DNA from: a virus
Taxonomy: Duplodnaviria; Caudoviricetes
Virus record (IMG/VR): IMGVR_UViG_3300027996_000032
Span: 1-62,757 of that record
Length of the DNA: 62,757 nucleotides
Strand: one strand, 5' to 3'
Below are positions 20,026 through 29,944 of the stretch, in pieces. Position 1 is the first letter of the stretch; each line of letters opens with the position of its first letter. Below the pieces are notes generated by a model. That model saw only the letters and a program-made list of their open reading frames with translations, did not search any database and was not told the origin of the DNA. The position numbers and the translations under genes are program-made.

Positions 20026-20432
20026 GGGAAGCCCCGCATACTAAGGGAGATGGTTCTGGGTGGAATGTCCTCCCTCTTTCTACCCTGTGCGCGCTCCAGC
20101 GCCGCCTTCACAATCGGCTGCTCCAGCGCCGCCTGCTTCCTGGCCTGGTAGCTTTCCAGCGCGTCGGCATCATGGACCGAGACAGGATCGGGGTGTGCGG
20201 AGCCCCGGACCTGCGCCTGGTAGCTGGCCCGCTCTAGCAGGTCCGCGATGATCATCTCGTCGGTAGCGTCCAGATACCTGGGGTCCGTCGGCGCGAAGTT
20301 GTAGATCATGCGCCACATCGTTCGTGGTTCCATGGACGACCGCCAGGCGCTGATCACAGCGGGGTGTGCGTTGCTGGCTGGTGGCTCTACGCCCCCCGAG
20401 CGATTCAGGGCTCGGAGGGCTGCGTTTTTCCC
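20022..20432 (-). CDS. tail assembly chaperone, -1 frameshift extension (GT-like)
   Basis: the -1 frame is open from the slippery site to 20022; WRMIYNFAPTDPRYLDAT resembles second-chaperone motifs of SPO1-like phages. Confidence 0.7.
   Translation of the reverse strand, partial: GKNAALRALNRSGGVEPPASNAHPAVISAWRSSMEPRTMWRMIYNFAPTDPRYLDATDEMIIADLLERASYQAQVRGSAHPDPVSVHDADALESYQARKQAALEQPIVKAALERAQGRKREDIPPRTISLSMRGFP
20391..20432 (-). promoter_or_regulatory. programmed -1 ribosomal frameshift signal
   Basis: G GGA AAA heptamer (20432-20426), then after 5 nt an 11-bp hairpin GCCCTCCGAGC/GCTCGGGGGGC. Confidence 0.8.
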
Positions 20433-20962
20433 GTGACCACCTCCACCATGGCCTCGAACATCGCGCCCTGAATGGCCCAGAACACCGGATCTGGGACAGA
20501 ACGCTCGGCCAGGTCCTCCCAACCCTTCGGGACATCGACCACCCGAAGGGGCCAGCGCGCAATGAAGTTGATCCCGCTGAGGAGCTCTTCGAGCGACCTG
20601 CACTGCGCCGCTTCGCTGCTCTCGTCTGCGATGGATGCTTTGCCGAGGGCTACTTCGTAGGCCGTGACCACCGCCTCGTCCGCGCCCTCGTGAGGGGGCT
20701 TGATCTCCCCCTCTTCCTCGTATTTGGTCCGGAGCTTCCGGCGCTGCTGCATGATCGCGGTCTCGATGTCGCACCACGCCGCGAGCCCACCCGCGAGGTC
20801 GTGACACCGCCGCGTGACGACGATCTCGTCGCGTCGGGTCAGCGAGGCCCGAAGCGTGAACCTCGCGGCCTCGGCCTCCTCCGTGGTCGTGTTGCCATCT
20901 GGAGCCAGCCACCGCTTCCGGTTCGGCGAAAGCCGAACCGTGAACGTCACGTCTTGGATCAT
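20405..20962 (-). CDS. tail assembly chaperone (G-like)
   Basis: between tube and tape measure; ends just after the slippery site; GAGG RBS. Confidence 0.75.
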   Translation of the reverse strand: MIQDVTFTVRLSPNRKRWLAPDGNTTTEEAEAARFTLRASLTRRDEIVVTRRCHDLAGGLAAWCDIETAIMQQRRKLRTKYEEEGEIKPPHEGADEAVVTAYEVALGKASIADESSEAAQCRSLEELLSGINFIARWPLRVVDVPKGWEDLAERSVPDPVFWAIQGAMFEAMVEVVTGKTQPSEP

Positions 20963-20988
20963 CCTCGTCCCTCCTCGTTAGTTTCTTG

Positions 20989-21468
20989 CTACCCGCCAGC
21001 CTGCAGCGACCAGTTCTTGCCGTTGATGCCCTCAGTACCCATGAACGACATGTCCATGGTTCGGGCACCACGCGCGCCGTGCGCCTTGTTGAGGCGCTGC
21101 AGCACGCAGCCCGTGACAACATCCATGACCTCGCCAGCGTTCGGCCAGTTCGGCCCAATCTGGCACACCACGGTGTACGACTTCCCCAAGAAGTTCGTCA
21201 GGTCCGGCAGCTTGTCCCCCCATTCCGGTGTCCAGAAGGCGTTCAGGTTCACCGAGACGTTGCCGCGACCCTGCACGATGGAGGACACGATTTCGTTCCC
21301 CGCCTCTTCGATCGGCACGGCCTCGAGGTCGTACGAGACGTTGGCGCCCGTGACGGCCCCGCTCACCTCGTTGCCTGGATCGTTCTCGTCGATGAGCACC
21401 ACCTCAAGCTCTGCACCTGCGTGCTTGCTGGTGTAGCCGGGCGAAGCCTCTAGAGTCGCGTATGCCAT
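20989..21468 (-). CDS. tail tube protein
   Basis: 159 aa directly after the sheath; beta-rich tube pattern. Confidence 0.8.
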   Translation of the reverse strand: MAYATLEASPGYTSKHAGAELEVVLIDENDPGNEVSGAVTGANVSYDLEAVPIEEAGNEIVSSIVQGRGNVSVNLNAFWTPEWGDKLPDLTNFLGKSYTVVCQIGPNWPNAGEVMDVVTGCVLQRLNKAHGARGARTMDMSFMGTEGINGKNWSLQAGG

Positions 21469-21480
21469 AGGTAGCTCCGA

Positions 21481-23256
21481 TCAGGCGAGAATGGTGTTTT
21501 CGACAGTGATGTAGTCTGCCGTTGTCGGGAACCTGTAGCGCTGCGCCACATCGTACCCAGTAGCGCCCGCGTTGAGGACGGTGGAGTCGATCTTCCATGA
21601 CCCCTTCACGATGTACCCGCGCGGCTCCAGGCTCTTCTTCACCCTCGCCCTCAAGACCGCGGCCACCGATGTCGGCGTCACCTGTGAGGCGCCAATCTGC
21701 AGGGCATCGAGGTCGCCCTGGAAGGTGCGCTCCACGAAGTCAGCCAAGATACGTTGCATCGTGAACGGCGTGTCTCGTGTGACCGTGTTCCACGCCACCG
21801 AGTTCGCCTGGAGCGTGTTCAAGCCCTGCGAGATCTTGTAGCGGATTCCGTCCGCCGAGATCGAGAGACGGTAGGTGCAGACGCCAAACTTGTGCAGGGT
21901 CGTCAGGTCGCCGCTGTTGCGTTCGTCCCAGATGACCTCAAGATCCGAGTACAGGAACCCGTCGTTCGTGAGGTTGTGACCGACGCCACCGCCAACCGCG
22001 CGACCGAACACAGCGGGAGCGAAAGAGAGGTTCGCGCCCAGCTTGTCGTACCCGCCGGCACAAAGCACGAAGTTCTGGCAGTTCAGAGCCGCAGCCCTGA
22101 ACTCTGGTGCGGTGTCGTTGCCAGCACCGACCACCACGTCGCCCCACCCCGCCCCGGCGAAGAAGTAGACCGGGTTGCCCTCTCCGCGCTTCGCGATGCT
22201 CCAGTCGCGCAGCGTCCCGTGGACTGTGGAGCTTTCGTCCGTGCACAAGAACGCGTAGGGCAGCACTTGGTACTTGAGCCCGAACGCATCGTATGCGCTG
22301 GCATCCAGTAGCGTCACGATGGCCGTGTAGTCGGCCGCAATCGGTGCAGGGCTGATCCCCTTCACCACCGCGCCCCAGGCCGCGATCTCTATCAGCGGCG
22401 TCGAGGCCACCAGGGCATCCACCGTGGCGGGGTTCGTGAAGGTCGCCGCGGCGGTCGCCTTCAGGTGCGTGCTGGCGCTGCTGTTGAACCAGTCGATTTG
22501 CGACTGCGCATCAGCGAGCGCAACCGATGTCTCCTTGCGAGCATCGTCGTATTCGAGGGCGCAGCCGTAGAGTGCGGTGGTGAGCACGGAGCCGATTGTG
22601 GTGGTGAGGTCAATCCACGACCGCACCTGCCCCACGGCATCGAGGTCGGTACCATGGGCCGCCACCACCTTCGTGAAGACCGCCGTATTGTTGTCCGCGA
22701 ACGAGAGCGTCATGCCGTCCCGGACCCAACTCACATCACGGACATAGAGCCGCTTGTCCGTCGCCCCCGCGTTCGCTGTCAGCAGAGAATGGTACTTGAG
22801 CGGCGTCACCTCGATGGTGGTACCGCCCGTGACCTTGACCTTGATCAGGTTGCCCGGTGCTCCAAACAGCTTCGGGTACAGCTTGTATTCATTCACACCG
22901 CCGCCGCCGGAGGTGACAATCACCGAGCCCCGGGTGAGTGCGGACATGCTCACGCAATACGCATTGGGCAGCCCGTGACGCCATGAGTGCTTGGTCGCGG
23001 TGGCCATGTCCGAATCGGGCCCGTAGTAGTCCGCCGCTGCCGAGCTCGTGCCGCGGTACACGAAGGGGCTGATCGGGCTCTCGTTGGCCTCCAGGAGAGA
23101 ATCCACGTTGTAAGGCGTCCCCTTGACCGCGGAGGACAAGATCACGGGGATCAGGAAGTCAGGGAGGGGACCAGGCCCATCCCTGCTCACGCGGGTCGTC
23201 TGGTAGACGCCGGGGATGTAGTGGGTCTTTCCGTCAGAGTCTTGGACAAAGGGCAT
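21481..23256 (-). CDS. contractile tail sheath protein
   Basis: starts MPF...HYIPGVY; C-terminal ISQGLNT...QRILADFV...DYITV sheath motifs; GGAGG RBS. Confidence 0.85.
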   Translation of the reverse strand: MPFVQDSDGKTHYIPGVYQTTRVSRDGPGPLPDFLIPVILSSAVKGTPYNVDSLLEANESPISPFVYRGTSSAAADYYGPDSDMATATKHSWRHGLPNAYCVSMSALTRGSVIVTSGGGGVNEYKLYPKLFGAPGNLIKVKVTGGTTIEVTPLKYHSLLTANAGATDKRLYVRDVSWVRDGMTLSFADNNTAVFTKVVAAHGTDLDAVGQVRSWIDLTTTIGSVLTTALYGCALEYDDARKETSVALADAQSQIDWFNSSASTHLKATAAATFTNPATVDALVASTPLIEIAAWGAVVKGISPAPIAADYTAIVTLLDASAYDAFGLKYQVLPYAFLCTDESSTVHGTLRDWSIAKRGEGNPVYFFAGAGWGDVVVGAGNDTAPEFRAAALNCQNFVLCAGGYDKLGANLSFAPAVFGRAVGGGVGHNLTNDGFLYSDLEVIWDERNSGDLTTLHKFGVCTYRLSISADGIRYKISQGLNTLQANSVAWNTVTRDTPFTMQRILADFVERTFQGDLDALQIGASQVTPTSVAAVLRARVKKSLEPRGYIVKGSWKIDSTVLNAGATGYDVAQRYRFPTTADYITVENTILA

Positions 23257-23257
23257 G

Positions 23258-23545
23258 TTACGCCTCCAGCTCGGCGACGAGCGCCATGAACGCCTCGGGA
23301 TCACGAAGACGACGGCGGTCTGCAGCCGACCACCTCACCGCCACTTTGGCCAGGGCCGCCCACTTCGACGCCGGCAGCTTCTGCTCACCGATGAAGCCTT
23401 CCAAGCTCAGAAGCTCACGGCTCGCGGCTCGGTGCTCCGCATCATCAGGCAGCGCAGCGAAGTACTGCGACCTGGTGGTGTCAGATCCCGACGATCGGCG
23501 TTTCGAGCGTGTAGAAGTGGGGGACATCACGTCGCGTGGTGGCAT
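23258..23545 (-). CDS. small hypothetical virion-morphogenesis protein
   Basis: fills the gap before the sheath gene; exact start uncertain. Confidence 0.4.
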   Translation of the reverse strand: MPPRDVMSPTSTRSKRRSSGSDTTRSQYFAALPDDAEHRAASRELLSLEGFIGEQKLPASKWAALAKVAVRWSAADRRRLRDPEAFMALVAELEA

Positions 23546-24176
23546 ATCGAGTCCATCTTAGCGTGGCAGTCAGGATCGGCACATAGCCGGTGTCGGGGTA
23601 GAGCTGACGATCGGGCGTGACGCCACCGTCTGCAAGAGACATCTCCAGGATGCCCGCGGGGGCCAGCTGGCCCTTCGAGCCGAAGACTATCTGAGTGATC
23701 ATGGAATGAAGCAGGATGGACGAGACCGGGGCGCGAGTCCACGAGCCGATCTGAATCCGTGTTGTCCACTCGTTGCCCTGCACGGTGTGCTGGTGGACCC
23801 GACGCACGCCGCCCTCATAGACGAACTCACCCTGTTTGGTCTGCACGTCCCCCATCACGGCGGAACCGGCGTCTTCCACGCCCTGCGCGTTCATGATCGA
23901 GACGTACGGGAGCACCGCGGCATCCCACGGGTACCCGATATCGATCTTCACGTGCTCCGGTGTCGTGGGGTCGAACCACCGCCCGAACTGGTCCAGCGCA
24001 TCGGTGAGCCACTCGTCGTCTTCCCCGACGCCGTACAGCTCCATCACCCGCGTCGCGAGCTGCCGCTGCTGCTCCTCGTCCTGCTCGAGCTCCAGGAACC
24101 CACGCTTCAGCGCGGCCCGCACGGCGAACTCGGGGACGTGGAGGCCAGCGGCGCCTCTTGGTAGGTTCACGGTCAC
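23481..24176 (-). CDS. tail terminator / completion-like protein
   Basis: position upstream of the sheath; IGYP....LPYVSI pattern. Confidence 0.55.
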   Translation of the reverse strand: MTVNLPRGAAGLHVPEFAVRAALKRGFLELEQDEEQQRQLATRVMELYGVGEDDEWLTDALDQFGRWFDPTTPEHVKIDIGYPWDAAVLPYVSIMNAQGVEDAGSAVMGDVQTKQGEFVYEGGVRRVHQHTVQGNEWTTRIQIGSWTRAPVSSILLHSMITQIVFGSKGQLAPAGILEMSLADGGVTPDRQLYPDTGYVPILTATLRWTRYATTRRDVPHFYTLETPIVGI

Positions 24177-25150
24177 GAGAGGGTTCCCATCACGGCCTCA
24201 ACCACCAGCGCCCGAAGGTCCTCGTCGCGAGGTAGTTCGCGCGCGACACGCCGTGCAATGCCGTATCCCGACTGCGCCGGGATGTTCCAGCCCACACTGT
24301 CAGGCGTGATGGTGCGGATCGTCATGTACTCCGTGTGTCGAGGCGCTCCCGTCTTCATGAGCCCCTCAAACTTCGAGGACTTCCACGCCGGGTTGAAGAG
24401 CTTCCCATCCGCGCCACGACCAACGAAGCGCGCGCTGCGCCGCTCCACGTGCGTCGCCTCGGAACCCATGCCAGCCACCACACCAGGGGCGACCTCACCA
24501 CGCCGCATGCGTGGCTTCCCCTTGCCGGACCAGTGGTAGCGATCCGCCGCGATGAACTTGCCCGCACCGTCGTGCTGGCGTCCCGCGTTTTCTCGTAGTC
24601 GTCGCGACTGGCGAGCAGCGCGGCGAGACACGGAACGGGGCATCATGCGTTTGTGGGTCGCGATGGTGGTACCGCCATCCTCCCGTTGCTTGCCGGTCTG
24701 GTAGACCGAGTGGCCGAACGGGATGTTCAGGTATGGCCGACCCTTCTTCGTGCGCTTGATGCTCCCGCCAGGTTTGCCCCAGTTGATGTGTGATGGCAGG
24801 TGGAACGCGACGTGCCCGTCCTCGACGATGGCGGCATGTTTGGCCGTGTTCGTGACCGCGACCACCACCTCGTAGAGGGCGCCGCTGTCGGCGTCGTCTG
24901 CTCGCTCGCTCACGATCTCCACGCGCCCCTCGGACTGGAGGCCGGAGACGTACCCGCCACCAGACTCAAACCCGAGCGCTACGGCCGTCTCGACCCAAGC
25001 CGTCTGGATGAAGAGACCTGCAGCCAGGGCCGCACGCCTGAGCGCACTCCCGATGTGGTCCAGCTCCAGGGATGGTAGCGAGCCCTCCAGGTCGACGTGG
25101 AGCTGCACGAAGACCGGCGACATCGGGGATGGGTTGCGGGGGATGCTCAT
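24173..25150 (-). CDS. neck / tail-completion protein
   Basis: YLNIPF.H and YMTIRTITPDSVGWNIP motifs typical of SPO1-like neck proteins. Confidence 0.65.
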   Translation of the reverse strand: MSIPRNPSPMSPVFVQLHVDLEGSLPSLELDHIGSALRRAALAAGLFIQTAWVETAVALGFESGGGYVSGLQSEGRVEIVSERADDADSGALYEVVVAVTNTAKHAAIVEDGHVAFHLPSHINWGKPGGSIKRTKKGRPYLNIPFGHSVYQTGKQREDGGTTIATHKRMMPRSVSRRAARQSRRLRENAGRQHDGAGKFIAADRYHWSGKGKPRMRRGEVAPGVVAGMGSEATHVERRSARFVGRGADGKLFNPAWKSSKFEGLMKTGAPRHTEYMTIRTITPDSVGWNIPAQSGYGIARRVARELPRDEDLRALVVEAVMGTLS

Positions 25151-25944
25151 GTCCGCACGTCCGGGTCGCCCCAGCGGTCCAGTCGCTCCGCCGTGGTCTG
25201 GTACGGCATCGCTGTGCTGTGCTCGACGCGGACCACAGGCGCGGCATCACCGAGCATGTACGCGGCGGGCGCACGGTACCTCACCGCGTAGCCGCGACCG
25301 TGCTCGGGCCCGAACCCATCCTTCCAGTTGATCCGGCGGTCCTCCAGGTAGTAGGTGGACGGGTCAGCCACGAGAGACCGGCTGGTTCGACCTTGCGCCT
25401 CCTGGAAGACGACGGCCTCGATCTCCGTGATGTCGGAGTACAGGAGGTATTCCAGGCCGCTCGGCACGCCGCCCGCTGCGGGCTTGTCGACCACCCGGCG
25501 GTTCGCCGTGTACGGCTGCTCTCGCAGGTCGGATGGGTTGATCTCCTCCTTCTCGCGCCGGAACACCTGCAGCACCACGTGTATCTCCTTCTCGGGCAGG
25601 AGCATGTCACCACGCGTCGGGACGATCCCGGTGGGGAAGGTGCACTGTGCCGTACCAGCCCAGTGACGCCCCGCCATGGTCTCGGTCTGCTTTGCCCGCC
25701 GCGAGCTGACGAGCACCATGGTCGGCTCCCGCATCTGCTCGGGATAGAAGTACCCGATGCCCTTGCACGTCGTGCAGCCGACGCGAGCCTCAGCGCGCCC
25801 GTTGGGTCGGCACGGGCACAACATCGCCCTCCGGAGCTCGGCGCCGATCCCATGGGTCTCGATCTGCTCGTTCAGCTCCACCGGGTCGAAGTGCAGCGCC
25901 GGCCCAAGCTGTGAGAGCCGGCGGAGCTGGTCGAAACCGTTCAA
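25147..25944 (-). CDS. head closure / neck protein with CPC...CxxC motif
   Basis: AMLCPC...GCTTCKGIGYFY; TTG start overlapping the upstream TGA. Confidence 0.65.
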   Translation of the reverse strand: MNGFDQLRRLSQLGPALHFDPVELNEQIETHGIGAELRRAMLCPCRPNGRAEARVGCTTCKGIGYFYPEQMREPTMVLVSSRRAKQTETMAGRHWAGTAQCTFPTGIVPTRGDMLLPEKEIHVVLQVFRREKEEINPSDLREQPYTANRRVVDKPAAGGVPSGLEYLLYSDITEIEAVVFQEAQGRTSRSLVADPSTYYLEDRRINWKDGFGPEHGRGYAVRYRAPAAYMLGDAAPVVRVEHSTAMPYQTTAERLDRWGDPDVRT

Positions 25945-26867
25945 TAGCTGTACATCTTGAGACGGATCCCTCGCTTCGAGGAGCGCAACGCCTCCCAGTC
26001 GATCAGCTCCATCAGGGCCTTGAATTGGTCCAGGAGCGACTGATAGATGTTCGGGGGCAGGCTGATCGAGCGTGACAGGCCGTCGAAGCTCACGCTGGTA
26101 GACTGGACGCCAAATGTGTTCAGTGCTGAATCCATCCCGAAGATGGCCATGGCCGCGACCATCGACACCCAGTGCCCAAGCACCAGCTCCACCTCGCCAG
26201 GACGCCCCTCCTGCGTGGTCGGGCCCGTCGTGTAGTCGACGGCCCAGAAGCGGGGCACCGGCGACCTGTGGTGCCGTAGCGTCCACCAGATCCCGTAGTT
26301 CCCGCTCGACGCCTCAATCGCAAGCGACTGGAGCTGCACCGGGATGATGTGGGAGATCCCCTGTCGCCCCCACTGGAGCTGCAGCATGCTCGGATCGTCG
26401 CCGTCGATCTCCCAAACAAGCTGCTCGTAGAAGTACGCCCGCACCCGCTGGATGCTGAGCGTGCCCGTCGGAAGATCGATCCGATACCACTGTTCGTTTT
26501 CGCCGAGCGTGTAGGGGAGCCTTGGCGCGACGGCATCGTAGTGCTGCCCCAGGACGAGCCCAGGGTCCACCGGGTCGGCCTTCCACCTGGTCGTGGCCAT
26601 GGGCACGCCGAGCTTCATCTGGAGCATCGAGAGCGCGACCCGTAGGTGGTAGCCGATCACGTCGTTCGGCAGCTGGTCCAGCGCCTCCTGTGCTCCCGCC
26701 GCGGCGCCACTGGCAACCTGCGATGCCGTGAAGCCCGCGGGGATGGCACCCGTCAGCCGTTGCCCACGGAGGAGGCCCCACGCGTAGTTCTTCCGCCACC
26801 GCTCCGGATCGATCAAGTCGATCACGGGAACGCTCAATCCCATGCTCTGGTACGAGGGCTGAGACAC
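25941..26867 (-). CDS. head-tail adaptor (neck) protein
   Basis: WAVDYTTG and GVQSTSVSFDGLSRSI, motifs of SPO1-like adaptors; GGAGG RBS. Confidence 0.7.
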   Translation of the reverse strand: MSQPSYQSMGLSVPVIDLIDPERWRKNYAWGLLRGQRLTGAIPAGFTASQVASGAAAGAQEALDQLPNDVIGYHLRVALSMLQMKLGVPMATTRWKADPVDPGLVLGQHYDAVAPRLPYTLGENEQWYRIDLPTGTLSIQRVRAYFYEQLVWEIDGDDPSMLQLQWGRQGISHIIPVQLQSLAIEASSGNYGIWWTLRHHRSPVPRFWAVDYTTGPTTQEGRPGEVELVLGHWVSMVAAMAIFGMDSALNTFGVQSTSVSFDGLSRSISLPPNIYQSLLDQFKALMELIDWEALRSSKRGIRLKMYSY

Positions 26868-26881
26868 GCGGCCTCCTAAAG

Positions 26882-26910
26882 TCGGGCCGCGTGGCTGCTC
26901 CCGCGGCCCG
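26882..26910 (-). terminator. GC-rich hairpin after the capsid/decoration genes, probable terminator or attenuator
   Basis: TCGGGCCGCG...CGCGGCCCGA 10-bp inverted repeat, followed by CTTT on the minus strand. Confidence 0.5.
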
Positions 26911-26921
26911 AGCGGTTCAGA

Positions 26922-27425
26922 TCAGAGGCGTTGGCACCAAAGGGTAGCCTGCGGGCCGACCATCGCGCCGACGCCAGTGGTCCCCTTGATGTAGACCTCG
27001 GAGTTGTAGGGCACCTCATCAGACCCGACTTCCGGCGCAACGCGCACAGGAACGGTCAAGCCAGCCTTCACGCTCTCGGCAGCATCCAGGATGGACGCCG
27101 CTGCAGCGGTCGGGGTGTCGACCCAGATGTCTACGGTGCCTGTTGCAGCCGCACACGTCTCGCACGCCACATCGGCGGCGAAGATCTGCACCGGGAATGG
27201 AGTCTTCACGCCAACAGAACGCAGCGTGTTGTTGTTCGGGGACGTGAAGATCCCGAACTGAAGCGCCATGAAGGACGCGGGGAATGCATGCATGTGCGCA
27301 TGCGGCGCGTACTCCAGCGTCGCCTCGGACCGGCGAAGCCGCCCGTAGCTGCTGTTGTCGTCAGCGTCCACGCCTGCTCGGACGTTGAACGCGCCCACAA
27401 TGCTCGTATTGGTGATCTCTGCCAT
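26922..27425 (-). CDS. putative head decoration / virion protein
   Basis: 167-aa beta-rich ORF two genes after the MCP; GAGG RBS. Confidence 0.5.
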   Translation of the reverse strand: MAEITNTSIVGAFNVRAGVDADDNSSYGRLRRSEATLEYAPHAHMHAFPASFMALQFGIFTSPNNNTLRSVGVKTPFPVQIFAADVACETCAAATGTVDIWVDTPTAAAASILDAAESVKAGLTVPVRVAPEVGSDEVPYNSEVYIKGTTGVGAMVGPQATLWCQRL

Positions 27426-27464
27426 GATGTCCTCTGGTTTGTGGGCGCCGCCCGCCGCGACTAC

Positions 27465-28325
27465 CTAGCGTAGCCGGGTCGCGAGCGCCGCATACTCGTA
27501 CTTGCCGATACTGGGCAGCTTGTGCTTCTTCAAGTGATACCGAGCCTGCCCAAAGGACGGGTTCGTGCCAGACTTCGCGTCGCGCAGCTCCTGGAGAATA
27601 ACGACGGCGGCGTCGCACTCCTCCGGTGTACCGTACTCCGCCAGCCAGTGACTCAGCGGGCGCCCGTCGAACAGCGGCTCGGGGGGGCCAGGTTCGGGTT
27701 CGGGCTCGGGCTCGGGCTCCGCCGCCGTCTCGGAGCTCGAGGGGGGCGGCGCCGCCGGTAGTGGCTCCCCCGGCTCTGGCGGAACCTCGTCCTTGATCTT
27801 CGGGGCGACATCCGGGTGCCGCCAACCCTGAAGCGCGGCCGGACTCCATCCAGCAATCTCCCAGGGCCATCGCGTGCTGGCGAGTTCCGCCCACCCAGGG
27901 GGAGGCACAACCAGCGAGAGCTGCGCAGCCGTGAGGGTGGTCGTGGCACTGAAGCCGCCACCTGGGCCCGGATCGCCGTTCGTTCCGGCACCCTTCAGAT
28001 CCTCCTCGCGCCACCCGTTCGACAACGCTTGAAGGACGACCGCAGATCGCCCCCCGTCGTCGGTTGGAGCAACCGGGTGCGGGGTCGACACCACCACCGT
28101 CGTCTTCATGACATCGGCCGAAGCCTTCTCCACGAAGAACGCGGGGTTGTGACGGGTGGCCGCTAGGATCGCGGTCCCCGTCTCCGTGGTATCGTCGAGA
28201 GCAGCGAAGTGCACATAACGGCCTTCCGCTGCACACCACTCCCGCTCGAACCACACCAGCGCCCCGGCCAGGTAGATACCCAGCCGGGGTTGAGGCGTTG
28301 GCTTCACGATTCGGATTCGCACCAC
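27465..28325 (-). CDS. hypothetical protein with Pro/Glu linker (EPEPEPEP) and small C-terminal helical domain
   Basis: directly after the MCP; GAGGTG RBS. Confidence 0.55.
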   Translation of the reverse strand: MVRIRIVKPTPQPRLGIYLAGALVWFEREWCAAEGRYVHFAALDDTTETGTAILAATRHNPAFFVEKASADVMKTTVVVSTPHPVAPTDDGGRSAVVLQALSNGWREEDLKGAGTNGDPGPGGGFSATTTLTAAQLSLVVPPPGWAELASTRWPWEIAGWSPAALQGWRHPDVAPKIKDEVPPEPGEPLPAAPPPSSSETAAEPEPEPEPEPGPPEPLFDGRPLSHWLAEYGTPEECDAAVVILQELRDAKSGTNPSFGQARYHLKKHKLPSIGKYEYAALATRLR

Positions 28326-28341
28326 GTTTCACCTCTCCAGA

Positions 28342-29865
28342 CTAGAGCCGGCCGATGTTCCGGAACGCGACCTGTTGCCACGGGTTCCGGCACTCTGCAG
28401 CGTACGCACTGTAGAGCAGCGGACGATCAAGGGTCGCCAGGACAGGCGCCAGCTGCATCTCACCCATCTGCGGGCCCAGATGGGCCACCGCACAGGTATT
28501 CCTATTCGGCATGTCGTTCTGTGTGAGGAACGACGCGGACTGTGCCACGGAGTCGAAGTAGGCCGTCGGGTTCGGCGCCAGAAGCGCCTTGCTCGCACGG
28601 CTGTGCAGGTTCAGGCCGAACGCCCACCCCGTGTTGGGACGCTGCGCGTTGAGGTCGTAGATCACGACCGCACCGCCGCCGCCGCTGTTGGCCGCCTCCT
28701 GGATGAACCACGCGCTGGTGAGCCCGCCGTCATCCGTGGAAACGCCCCGGTACAGGCGGAAGCTGTCCGCGATGGAGGTGCCGGGGGTCACGGTGATCGC
28801 GACCTCCTGGCCCGCCGCGACGGTGTGGTAGGTCGCCGGAGTGGCGGGCGAGCGTACGCCGAGACCCTCCTTCTCGTTCACGACCTCAGTGAGCACGTAG
28901 TACACGGTGCCAGCGCTGGCGGCGTCCCAGATGGACACACGACCACCACCAGGTGCACCAATCACCACACCCGTGACGGTGGGCAGCGTGGTCGGGGCTC
29001 CCTCCTCCTGGGCCGCGGTGTACTGCGGATGCGAGTACATGGCGCTGAGGGTGTTGTCGGTCACGAACCGGGTCACGCCACCCTGGGTCTGCAGACCGGC
29101 GATGTTCGAGCCCAGGTGGTACGGACGAGCACCGAGCGGGAAGTTCAGGCGGTTGGCACCGTCCATTGACTTCTCAAAATCTCCACGGGTGAGGGGATCC
29201 ATGAACAGACACGTGAAGCGCCCGTAGACCTGGATTCCCCGCGACACGCGGTCGCGCACGGTGTCGGGGGTCAGGGGCAGCCCCAACATGTCGATGACGT
29301 GCGACGCACCCAGGGGGCTCGTCAGCACGGTGCCATCGGTGCCTTCTCGGATCTGCTGCAGCAGACCACGGGCCTTCAGCGACGCATTGCCGAGTCGCGT
29401 GGTCGTGGTGTCCATGAAGTAGACGTTCCGAGCCTTCTTCTGCAGCACGTTGCGACGGAGCGCGACGCGTTCGAAGTTCTGGGCACCCGTCATGCCCTCC
29501 CACTTCTGGGTCTCTTCCAGGCCCGCGAGCAGGAAGGTGGGACCGACCTCGCCCATGAGCCGGATGTTGACCACAAAGCGCTGGCTGGAGAAGTTGGTCT
29601 CGCCAGGCAGGGCCCGTTCCCCGAAGTGGCCGGTGCCCTTGGACACACCGTATCCGGTCATGTTCGTGTACTCATGAGCGACCGACTTGGCCGGAACGCT
29701 CGGGAGATACTTCAGAATCGCCAGCTCCTCTGCGTCGGTTTCCCGCCACAGGAGGTTGTGCGCCTCGATCTCAAGGTCCTCAGGGACCACCGCTGCGATG
29801 TTCCCCGAATGGACCGCCTTTTCGAGGGCGTTCAGCATCAGGCCCTGCTGTTTTGCCGTGAGCAT
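28342..29865 (-). CDS. major capsid protein (Herelleviridae type)
   Basis: ALEKA propeptide-like end, AVVPEDLE...PAKSVAHEY...G...F.E pattern as in A511/K-type MCPs; internal Ig-like insertion ending FRLYRG. Confidence 0.85.
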   Translation of the reverse strand: MLTAKQQGLMLNALEKAVHSGNIAAVVPEDLEIEAHNLLWRETDAEELAILKYLPSVPAKSVAHEYTNMTGYGVSKGTGHFGERALPGETNFSSQRFVVNIRLMGEVGPTFLLAGLEETQKWEGMTGAQNFERVALRRNVLQKKARNVYFMDTTTTRLGNASLKARGLLQQIREGTDGTVLTSPLGASHVIDMLGLPLTPDTVRDRVSRGIQVYGRFTCLFMDPLTRGDFEKSMDGANRLNFPLGARPYHLGSNIAGLQTQGGVTRFVTDNTLSAMYSHPQYTAAQEEGAPTTLPTVTGVVIGAPGGGRVSIWDAASAGTVYYVLTEVVNEKEGLGVRSPATPATYHTVAAGQEVAITVTPGTSIADSFRLYRGVSTDDGGLTSAWFIQEAANSGGGGAVVIYDLNAQRPNTGWAFGLNLHSRASKALLAPNPTAYFDSVAQSASFLTQNDMPNRNTCAVAHLGPQMGEMQLAPVLATLDRPLLYSAYAAECRNPWQQVAFRNIGRL

Positions 29866-29944
29866 TTCGTTCTCCTGGTTGCCCCCGACATGCGTAGGGC
29901 GAGGTTTCGTGTGGGCCTTGACCCGGTAGAGAGAGCAGAGCGGG

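Noticed and set aside
20022-21158. 378-aa ORF as a single real gene
   Set aside because: Its 5' part overlaps the tube and chaperone genes out of frame; only the part after the slippery site is credible.
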